The notes beneath the pieces were generated by a model that did no database searches, was not told the DNA's origin, and worked only from the letters and a program-made list of their open reading frames with translations. Positions 7,801 through 15,088 of a stretch of 28,935 nucleotides of DNA are shown piece by piece. Position 1 is the stretch's first letter. Each line of letters opens with the position of its first letter. This DNA is from Polyangiaceae bacterium (GTDB lineage Bacteria; Myxococcota_A; Polyangia; Polyangiales; Polyangiaceae): the NCBI GenBank assembly GCA_035318565.1, contig DATHEN010001306.1, forward strand, positions 1-28,935, in the 5' to 3' direction. The position numbers and the translations under genes were made by a program.

Positions 7801-9399
7801 TTAATCGGGGTTGCTCTGGGTCTGAAGTGCCCCTGAAGTGCCATTTGCGGGTGACGGACACGTAGTCTTGGGGGTGGCGAGGTACTTGTCCGCCGCACCG
7901 AGAAGATTCGTCCTCGAGATACACGCCACCGGAAAGCCTTGCTGATCCACGAAACGCTCGGTCACGGTGGCAGCCGTCCATTCGAGAAGTTGACCCACGT
8001 CGTACACCACGGCCTTGTCGCGGGCGCCTAGGTCCGTCAAGTCACCGCTCGCGATCAAATCCTGAAGCACGTCTTGGCCGATCGGACTGAGCCGCACGCG
8101 CATACGGACGCGGTCAGGATACGTTGGGATCGACGAACTGCCGCCGGCGCCGCTGGGGTAGAACTTTACGATGTGTGACTGGAAGAATCGCGGATCGCTT
8201 GGAGAAAGGGTGATCTGCGCGGGAAGCTGCAAGCTCGTGTAGCACTTGGCGTCCCAGAAGTCGTGCACTTCATGGCCCACGTCATCGAACAAGCGATCGC
8301 GCATGAGCCAGAGATCCGGATCCGTGGCGAGCAAATCCGTGACGGGCTGACCGTTGTTCTGAATGACTCCGCTCGAGTAGATACGCTGCCCACCGGCGAA
8401 AGCCTCGAGCTCGACCCAGAGCCGGCGATCTTGTGAAGCGCCGCTCGGGAACGCATGTCCGCTAGCAACGTTATCGAGCACCACGAACATGCTGGCTTGA
8501 CCGGGAAAGCCCCGCACGCACAGAGCGCTGTGTAGGGTGGTATTTAAGAACGCCTGATTGGCAGCAATCAGCCGCTGCGCGCTGGCTTCATCTGGAAACG
8601 GAGTGACTGCATTGTCGACCGCGGGAAACAGGTGGCTGTGACTGCGCCGGAGTGGCGCATTCGCAATGTTTGCGACGGGCTCGAGTTCGAGACTCTGATC
8701 CATGTGGCACTGACCGCACGTGGTGCCTACGATCTGTTGCGAGAACACCGAGCCCTTCCATTCGGCGAAGGTGCGTTCGATGTGTGTACCGTGCCCGTTC
8801 ACGATGTCGTGGCAGGTGCCGCAGAGCGTGGCCGATTCGATGCGATCGCGATTGAGAAACGGCGAATACCCCGCGTAGTGTGCGCTGCTCACGTAGGGGT
8901 CGTTGAACGGGCCCCGCATCACGTCGTCGTTGGCTAGCGTGAGCGGGTTGTTCGATTGGTGATCCTGCTCGATACCGTTGACCGTGTGGCAGAAGTAGCA
9001 GGTCACGCCTTTGAGCTTTTGGGGCAAGCTCGCCAGGTTCAGGCCGTCTGTGGTGGCGCCCGTGCGGACGGCCATGGGCGCGTGACACTTCACGCAGAAG
9101 TCACCGAGCTCGCCGTTGGTTTCGCGTTGTCCGCGCTTGTTCATGGCGATGAACACGGGATCGTCCGCGGCGTAGGCGTGCATGCTGCCCGCCCAGTCCT
9201 GGAAGTGCTTGGAGTGGCAGCCCTTGCACGCTTCAGGATCCATCAGCTGCTCGCGCGTCAGGCGTGTGCTCGAGCCGGCATCTGGGGTTCCCGCGTCGGT
9301 CGGTGGATTGGTGGGCTTGCAATCTCCCGACGGCAACATGCCACCTGCACAGGCGCACGCTGCCAAACCGAGAAGATGAATCCACCAAACTGACTTCAC
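7801..9399 (-). CDS. Pentaheme c-type cytochrome lipoprotein (cytochrome c554-like N-terminal heme domain)
   Basis: Five CxxCH motifs: CKGCH, CVKCH, CYFCH, CGTCH and CGQCH, plus WAGSMHAYA. GAGGTG RBS before GTG and a Cys-containing signal (LLGLAACAC). Confidence 0.9.
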   Translation of the reverse strand: MKSVWWIHLLGLAACACAGGMLPSGDCKPTNPPTDAGTPDAGSSTRLTREQLMDPEACKGCHSKHFQDWAGSMHAYAADDPVFIAMNKRGQRETNGELGDFCVKCHAPMAVRTGATTDGLNLASLPQKLKGVTCYFCHTVNGIEQDHQSNNPLTLANDDVMRGPFNDPYVSSAHYAGYSPFLNRDRIESATLCGTCHDIVNGHGTHIERTFAEWKGSVFSQQIVGTTCGQCHMDQSLELEPVANIANAPLRRSHSHLFPAVDNAVTPFPDEASAQRLIAANQAFLNTTLHSALCVRGFPGQASMFVVLDNVASGHAFPSGASQDRRLWVELEAFAGGQRIYSSGVIQNNGQPVTDLLATDPDLWLMRDRLFDDVGHEVHDFWDAKCYTSLQLPAQITLSPSDPRFFQSHIVKFYPSGAGGSSSIPTYPDRVRMRVRLSPIGQDVLQDLIASGDLTDLGARDKAVVYDVGQLLEWTAATVTERFVDQQGFPVACISRTNLLGAADKYLATPKTTCPSPANGTSGALQTQSNPD

Positions 9400-9426
9400 G
9401 TCACCTCGCCCACAGTGTTGAAAGCG

Positions 9427-10848
9427 TCAATTCGAGTCGCGCCGGCGGCGCCACCACCACGCGAACGCCACCGCGCCAACGGCGAGGATGCCACCCGGCA
9501 CGGCCAGCCGTGCGTTAGACGCCGACCACGGCGAGATCGAAGCAGCGGGAGAGCAGCCTCCGGGAGTATCGCCGCAGGTTGCCCCGATCAGGACTTTGAC
9601 GGAGCGATTCGGATCGGGATTGGTCGGATCGTACCAAGCCTTCGGACAGGTGTTAGCCACTGGCGTTCCTGCTGCGCAGGTGAGCGGACAGGTTTGCGTG
9701 ACGCGTTCGAAGACGGATCTGAAATTGTGCCCGCCATCCGTGGAAAGGCCAACCGTATACGGATCCGAAAAGGCTGGATTCTGCGTTTGGGTAGCGCACG
9801 CGTAGATGCCCGCACCCGTCCACTTCAAGCAGCGGTTCTGCATGTTGTGGACCTTCGTGAACGGGCCCGCAGGGGCCGGGCCCGCGAACACGCCAAACGG
9901 ACCGCCGAACACCATGTTCCGGCCGTCGGGAGAGAGCGCGAAGCCGAGCATGCTCTTGTCTTCAATGGTGACGCTGTTTCGCGTGTCGTAAAGATCTTGC
10001 CAGGTCGCGCCCTTGTCGTGGCTCACGCGCAAGACGCTGGGCGGCCTCCCGGTCGTGTCCCAGGCATTGCGCGCAACCCGTGCGTAGATCCGATCCACAT
10101 TGTTCGGATCGACGCCCGCGATGTACAGGCTCGGCTCCATCACCAGACCGTTTTCGTCGGGCTCAGCAGGAGGCAGGGGCACGGTGATGTTCGTCCAGGT
10201 TGAACCACCATTTTCGGTGCGCAGAAAAATGGCCGAGCGTGTGGTGCCCGACAGGGGGGGAAAGGGCAGCGCCGTAAGGTAGATTCGATTCGGATCCGAG
10301 GACGCGACTTCGATGGTTTCGAGCAGCAGATTCCCGGGCAGACGGGCCTTCAACGCCCAGGTCAGTCCATTGTTGCGCGTCTCGACGATCAGGTTGTCGT
10401 AAGGGGCCGTGGTAGGGGCGGTGTCGTTGTACGTGGAGCTGATGACGTAGAGACCATCGTTGTTGTTCGGAATGTTGGTGATGTCGCGCACGAGCTGGCC
10501 TGCGAGAAGCGACGGACTCGCCGCCCAGCTGCAGAAATCCCGGCTGGTCCTCACACCACCGAACGTGACGGAGATGATCGAAGTTCCGTCACCCGTTAGA
10601 CCCACGGGCGGGTCATACGGCTGAAACGGAATGTCGAGCGCGGCTTCACAGATCCAATTCCAGTTCCTGCCCGCGTCCTTCGTCTGCAGGAAGCCGTACG
10701 TGGTGCGCACCATCATGTGGCTCGCGTTGTTGCGGTTGAAGACGATGTCCCCCGCCGCAGGAAACCGACCATTTGCCGAGGCGGCGCCGGCGTGTGCCAG
10801 GATCGCCGTCGCGAGCAGCCCAGTGAGTCCAGATCGCAAATAGCTCAT
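9427..10848 (-). CDS. Asp-box (BNR) beta-propeller surface protein with MYXO-CTERM-like anchor
   Basis: Signal peptide ending ASA/NGRFP. Asp-box-like motifs TKDAGRNW, TRNNGLTW, TENGGSTW, SHDKGATW and STDGGHNF. The C-terminus has GGCS, a hydrophobic segment and WWWRRRR. Confidence 0.8.
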   Translation of the reverse strand: MSYLRSGLTGLLATAILAHAGAASANGRFPAAGDIVFNRNNASHMMVRTTYGFLQTKDAGRNWNWICEAALDIPFQPYDPPVGLTGDGTSIISVTFGGVRTSRDFCSWAASPSLLAGQLVRDITNIPNNNDGLYVISSTYNDTAPTTAPYDNLIVETRNNGLTWALKARLPGNLLLETIEVASSDPNRIYLTALPFPPLSGTTRSAIFLRTENGGSTWTNITVPLPPAEPDENGLVMEPSLYIAGVDPNNVDRIYARVARNAWDTTGRPPSVLRVSHDKGATWQDLYDTRNSVTIEDKSMLGFALSPDGRNMVFGGPFGVFAGPAPAGPFTKVHNMQNRCLKWTGAGIYACATQTQNPAFSDPYTVGLSTDGGHNFRSVFERVTQTCPLTCAAGTPVANTCPKAWYDPTNPDPNRSVKVLIGATCGDTPGGCSPAASISPWSASNARLAVPGGILAVGAVAFAWWWRRRRDSN

Positions 10849-11017
10849 CGCAACTGTGCGGCAATCTAGACGCAGCGCGCACTCGTCGCTACCTGCGCTC
10901 TCGATGAGACGCTGACGAGACTGTCGGCTTGGCCTACCGAGTCCGTACCGGTCAGCTGCCGCGTTCAAGCGCACCGGATAGTTGCGCGCGGGGCGCAATC
11001 TCAGCGCGGCGAGTGAG

Positions 11018-11389
11018 TCATTTCGAACCGGTCGGCTCGCGCGCGATCTCAGCCAGAATTTCCTCGACGCGGCGAGTGGCGTCGTGGCCGGCGTCGTATT
11101 CGAAGCGGAGCTCGGGCACGCGCCTGAGGCCGAGCTTCGGCGCGAGCGAGGAGCGCAGGCGGCGCGCTGCGCGTTGCAAGGTGGAAACAGCCGCTTTGCG
11201 GCGCTCCGGCTCGTCGTCTCCGACCATGAGGCGCACGGTGATGCGTGCGAAGGACAGGTCGGGCGGCACGTCCACCCCGGTGACGACCAGCGAGCTCAAG
11301 CGCGGATCGGCGATCTCGCGCGTGAGGGCGTTCGTAAGGTGCAGGCGCAATTGCTCCGCGACTCGCCGCGGGCGGCGTGCGTCACTCAT
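11018..11389 (-). CDS. rbfA: 30S ribosome-binding factor RbfA
   Basis: RRPRRVAEQL...DPRL...VTGVDVPPDLSFA...LRRVPELRFEYD. Confidence 0.95.
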   Translation of the reverse strand: MSDARRPRRVAEQLRLHLTNALTREIADPRLSSLVVTGVDVPPDLSFARITVRLMVGDDEPERRKAAVSTLQRAARRLRSSLAPKLGLRRVPELRFEYDAGHDATRRVEEILAEIAREPTGSK

Positions 11390-11784
11390 GGTTTTCGCTC
11401 ATCGAAGTCTGCGTCGTCTTCGGTCCAGTCCATCTGGCTGTCCATACCCGGGTCGAGCACGTCTTCGATACCGCCGCGCAGACCCTTGCCCCCGTTGCCG
11501 AAGGAGACGATCTCGGTGGCAGCGTCGGCGAGCAGGGCGCCGCTGAGCGATGCGGCCATGCTCCGGGCGTGGCCGAGCACTTCGGTGCAGCGGCTGGATT
11601 GCCCCGCGACGACGGCGACGCCCAGGGTGGCCACCTGATAGAGCTCGAGATCACCGATTTCTGCGACGGACACGGGCAGCCGCGCGCGCACGCGATCCTT
11701 GAAGCTCTTGACCACGCGCCGCCGGTCCTTGAGCGACCGGGAGCCTGGTATTTGAAGCACGAAGCGGGCAACCCCGACGAACAT
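11386..11784 (-). CDS. DUF503 (YlxP-like) protein
   Basis: MFVGVARFVLQIPGSRSLKDRRRVVKS...VSVAEIG. AGGTGA RBS and a 4-bp ATGA overlap with rbfA. Confidence 0.9.
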   Translation of the reverse strand: MFVGVARFVLQIPGSRSLKDRRRVVKSFKDRVRARLPVSVAEIGDLELYQVATLGVAVVAGQSSRCTEVLGHARSMAASLSGALLADAATEIVSFGNGGKGLRGGIEDVLDPGMDSQMDWTEDDADFDERKP

Positions 11785-11924
11785 CTCGACTCACCTGCGA
11801 AGCCGAGCCTCTACCCCACTGCAGGCGCGCTGGCATCCATCCCGTTCGCTCCGCGCCCGTTATCGCGGAGGGTCCCTCAAATGCGGGTTGCTCGCTACCA
11901 GAATTCGTGGCACTTGCCCCGTCG

Positions 11925-12107
11925 CCTCGTGGGCTCGAACCATTAGTGGTCCGAGCCGGCTGGAGTCCCCTCCCTGGGGCTCTGGTTTGGGAGCCGGTCG
12001 GCGTCCCGGGCGCTTCTTGCGCCCTTGGAACGTCTTGGCTAAGCTTCCGGCCGACAATTTGGGAGGATCCCCCCCACGGACCCCCGCTCGAGGGTCCGTT
12101 TTTTTTT
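11925..12107 (+). ncRNA. Putative structured rimP leader RNA / attenuator
   Basis: Four back-to-back hairpins (11932-11957, 11963-11982, 11989-12007, 12008-12024) followed by a terminator hairpin. Confidence 0.4.
12076..12107 (+). terminator. Intrinsic terminator immediately upstream of rimP
   Basis: ACGGACCC/GGGTCCGT 8-bp stem followed by a T9 run (12099-12107), 10 nt before ATG 12118. Confidence 0.75.
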
Positions 12108-12117
12108 ACCCGCATTC

Positions 12118-12699
12118 ATGAACGTCGCACACACCCGCCTTCCCGGCCTCAACGAGGACCGCGTCCTTGCGGTCGTCGTGCCGGTGTTGCGTGCGCACGG
12201 CGTGGACGCGGTAGAGCTCATCTGGCGTACGGACCGCGGCGGCTGGGTGCTCCAGTTGACCGTGGAGCGTCCAAATACGCGGGTGCCCGGTGAGGGCATC
12301 ACCGTCGATTTGTGTTCGGAGATCTCGCGCGATCTGTCCGCAGCACTCGATGTGGCCGAGGTGATTCACGCCCGTTACCACCTGGAAGTGGGCTCACCCG
12401 GCCTGGAGCGCGCGCTGTACAGCGTGAGCGATTACCAGCGCTTCGCGGGCCAGCTGGCAAAGTTCAAGCTCAGGGAAGCAGTGGACGGCCAGCGCGTGGC
12501 GCGCGGCACGCTGCAAGGCATGGACGACAGCGGCTCGGTAGTGGTCGAAACCGAGCGCGGGCTCGTGAATCTGGATCCGTCGAACATCGAGAGCGCTCAG
12601 CTCCTGTTCGACTGGAACACGGCCGATCGCAGCCGCGCAAAACGCTCACTCAAAGGCGCCCCCTCGCGCGGGCGCGGAGCGCGCGGAACACAGCGTTAA
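12118..12699 (+). CDS. rimP: Ribosome maturation factor RimP
   Basis: GITVDLCSEISRDLSAALDV...YHLEVGSPGLERAL...YQRFAG, upstream of nusA. Confidence 0.95.
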   Translation: MNVAHTRLPGLNEDRVLAVVVPVLRAHGVDAVELIWRTDRGGWVLQLTVERPNTRVPGEGITVDLCSEISRDLSAALDVAEVIHARYHLEVGSPGLERALYSVSDYQRFAGQLAKFKLREAVDGQRVARGTLQGMDDSGSVVVETERGLVNLDPSNIESAQLLFDWNTADRSRAKRSLKGAPSRGRGARGTQR

Positions 12700-12757
12700 C
12701 GCCCTGAAAGGGTCGACCGAGCAAACGTTCATCAAGAAAGACGATCTGAGGTAGGCA

Positions 12758-14419
12758 ATGGCAGCGCAAGGTGCAGGCATCGACATCGATCTCGGTTCGA
12801 TCGTCGAGCAGGTGGCCCAAGAGAAGGGCATCGATAAGAAAATCCTCATCGAAACGATGGAAGCGGCCATCCTCAAGGCCGCCCAGGCGGCGTTCGGCCC
12901 TACGCGTGAGCTCGAAGCCCGCTACAACGAGGACACCGGCAATATCGACCTCTTCCAGTACATGACCGTCGTCGAGGACGTCACGGAACCCGACCGGCAC
13001 ATTGCCATCGGGGCGGCGCAGAAGCACGGCCTCGAGGCAGAGATAGGCGAGGAGCTCGGCTTTCAGGTGTTCTGGCATCCGCGGGACGCCGAGCGCGCCC
13101 GCCAGCAGGACCGCGAGTTCGGCGCCGTGCTCGACATGAAGCAGGCGCGTAGCGCCTTCGGTCGCATCGCCGCCCAGACGGCCAAGCAGGTCTTGTTGCA
13201 GCGCGTTCGCGATGCCGAGCGCGACATCATTTACAACGAGTACAAGGACCGCCAGGGCCAGCTGATCCGCGGCATCATTCGGCGCTTCGAAAAGGGCCAC
13301 AACATCATCGTGGACCTCGGCCGAACCGAGGGCATCCTGCCGGCACGCGAGCAGACTCCGCGTGAAACGTATCGCCCGGGGGATCGCATCGTCGCGTTCG
13401 TGAAGGACATCGATCGCGAAGCGCGCGGGCCGATGATCATCCTGAGCCGCAGCGCTCCGCAGCTCGTCGACAAGCTCTTCGAGGCCGAAGTGCCCGAGAT
13501 CTACGAGGGCATCGTCAAGATCGTCAGCGTGGCGCGTGAGCCCGGCTCGCGCAGCAAGATCGCAGTGACCACCCGCGATTCGGACGTGGATCCGGTCGGC
13601 GCTTGCGTCGGCATCAAGGGCTCGCGCGTGCAGGCCGTGGTGCAGGAGCTCCGCGGCGAAAAGATCGACATCGTGCCGTACGATCGCGATCCGGCGCGTT
13701 ACATCATCAACGCCATCCAGCCGGCCGAGGTGAACAAGGTGATCGTGGACGAAGCCGATCACCGCATGGAGCTCGTCGTCCCGGACGAGAAACTCTCGCT
13801 CGCCATCGGCCGCAAGGGCCAGAACGTGCGCCTCGCCTCTCAGCTCACGGGCTGGAAGCTCGACATCATCAGCGAGAGCAAGTTCAAGCAGATGGAAGAG
13901 GAGAGCTTGGGCGCCCTTCGCGAGATCGACGGAGTCGACGAGGACCTGGCCAAGGCCATGTACCGACTCGGCTTCCGCGCGCTCGAGGAGATTGCCGAAG
14001 CCGCGGCCGACGAGCTCGTGGCCATCGACGGCGTGGGCAGCCCCGAGCGCGCGCAGCAGCTGAAGGGCCAGGCCGAAAGCACCATGGAGCGCCTGCGTCG
14101 CGAGCGCATCCAGCAGGCTTCCTCGCGCAGCGAACCGCTGACCGAGCGCGACAAGCTGCGCTTCGTGCGCGGCGTGGGTTTGCGCACCCTGCAGTTGCTG
14201 GAGGAAGCCGGCTACCGCACCGTGCAGGACCTCGCCCGCGAGGATCCCGATCGGCTGGCGATCAAGACGGGCCTCGGCATCAAGAAGGCGCGCCAAGTGC
14301 AGCAGGGCGCCAATTACTTCCTCGACAACGAAGCCCGGGACATCGAAGAGGCGCGCTCGCAGCTGCCGCCACCGTCCGAAAGTAAGCCCGCGGCGACTAC
14401 GGAGATGTCCAAAGAGTGA
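12758..14419 (+). CDS. nusA: Transcription termination factor NusA with C-terminal HhH repeats
   Basis: FGRIAAQTAKQV, S1 domain, VAREPGSRSKIAV, DPVGACVGIKGSRVQAVVQELRGEKIDI and AIGRKGQNVRLASQLTGWKLDI. GAGGT RBS. Confidence 0.98.
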   Translation: MAAQGAGIDIDLGSIVEQVAQEKGIDKKILIETMEAAILKAAQAAFGPTRELEARYNEDTGNIDLFQYMTVVEDVTEPDRHIAIGAAQKHGLEAEIGEELGFQVFWHPRDAERARQQDREFGAVLDMKQARSAFGRIAAQTAKQVLLQRVRDAERDIIYNEYKDRQGQLIRGIIRRFEKGHNIIVDLGRTEGILPAREQTPRETYRPGDRIVAFVKDIDREARGPMIILSRSAPQLVDKLFEAEVPEIYEGIVKIVSVAREPGSRSKIAVTTRDSDVDPVGACVGIKGSRVQAVVQELRGEKIDIVPYDRDPARYIINAIQPAEVNKVIVDEADHRMELVVPDEKLSLAIGRKGQNVRLASQLTGWKLDIISESKFKQMEEESLGALREIDGVDEDLAKAMYRLGFRALEEIAEAAADELVAIDGVGSPERAQQLKGQAESTMERLRRERIQQASSRSEPLTERDKLRFVRGVGLRTLQLLEEAGYRTVQDLAREDPDRLAIKTGLGIKKARQVQQGANYFLDNEARDIEEARSQLPPPSESKPAATTEMSKE

Positions 14420-15078
14420 GCGCCAGCACCCCTCCCCCGAGCGCGCCGCCGAGCGTGCCTTCGCAGACGCCGGCCGCGAGTGCGCGGCGCACGCGCACGC
14501 GCACCTGCGCCGGCTGCCTTTCGGAGGAGGAGAGCGAGCGCATGGTGCGCGTCGTGCTCGGCTTGGCAGGGGCAGTGGCAGTGGACCTCGCGGGGAGTCA
14601 CTTCGGCCGGGGCGCTTGGCTGCATCCGCGCCCGCTTTGCGTGAGCCGGGCGGCGCCGCGCGGCCTTGCGCGCAGTTTTCGCAGCGAGATCACCACCACG
14701 GCCCTGGAGCTCACGCAGCTGCTGCAAAACGCAGCGGATGGACGGGCCACGGGGCTGGTATCGGCGGCGGCCCGCGGGCGTCACGTCGCGCTGGGCTCGA
14801 CGGCCGTCAAAGAAGCGCTAAATAGCGGTGCCGCACGCCTCGTGGTGGTCGCCAAGGACGCACGAGCGGCAGCAGCGGCCCCGTGGATTGAACAGACGGT
14901 AGCCGAGGGCCACGCCGTGGCCTGGGGCACGAAAGAGTTGTTGGGCGCCGCGACAGGCCGCGGCGAAGTGGCTGTGCTTGCGATTTTGGATAGTGGCATC
15001 GCAAGCGCGCTTGCGGCGGCGATTGAAATCGCACAGATGCCCGTGCCGCCAGCAGGACGAGGAACGAGTGTCGGGTGA
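14416..15078 (+). CDS. ylxR: YlxR (DUF448/RnpM) - L7Ae/YlxQ-like fusion protein
   Basis: RTCAGC...GRGAWLHPRPLC (YlxR) followed by ALGSTAVKEAL...LVVVAKDA...TKELLGAATGR...VAVLAILDSGIA (L7Ae fold). GTGA overlap with the nusA stop. Confidence 0.8.
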   Translation: MSASTPPPSAPPSVPSQTPAASARRTRTRTCAGCLSEEESERMVRVVLGLAGAVAVDLAGSHFGRGAWLHPRPLCVSRAAPRGLARSFRSEITTTALELTQLLQNAADGRATGLVSAAARGRHVALGSTAVKEALNSGAARLVVVAKDARAAAAAPWIEQTVAEGHAVAWGTKELLGAATGRGEVAVLAILDSGIASALAAAIEIAQMPVPPAGRGTSVG

Positions 15079-15088
15079 CGGAGGTTGG

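Noticed and set aside
11907-11925. TGGCAC-containing sigma54-like sites (11908, 11831, 7057, 18084)
   Set aside because: The GG-to-GC spacing is not N10 in any of them.
11785-12117. tRNA (metY-like), SRP or 6S RNA, or leader peptide upstream of rimP
   Set aside because: No cloverleaf with T-loop or CCA, no SRP domain IV motif and no long 6S-type rod. The small ORFs there lack an RBS and coding signal.
12650-14296. 548-aa antisense ORF (also 16457-18136, 16-1197, 4620-5852, 26153-27409 and similar)
   Set aside because: These are shadow ORFs of real genes in GC-rich DNA and have no recognisable motifs.
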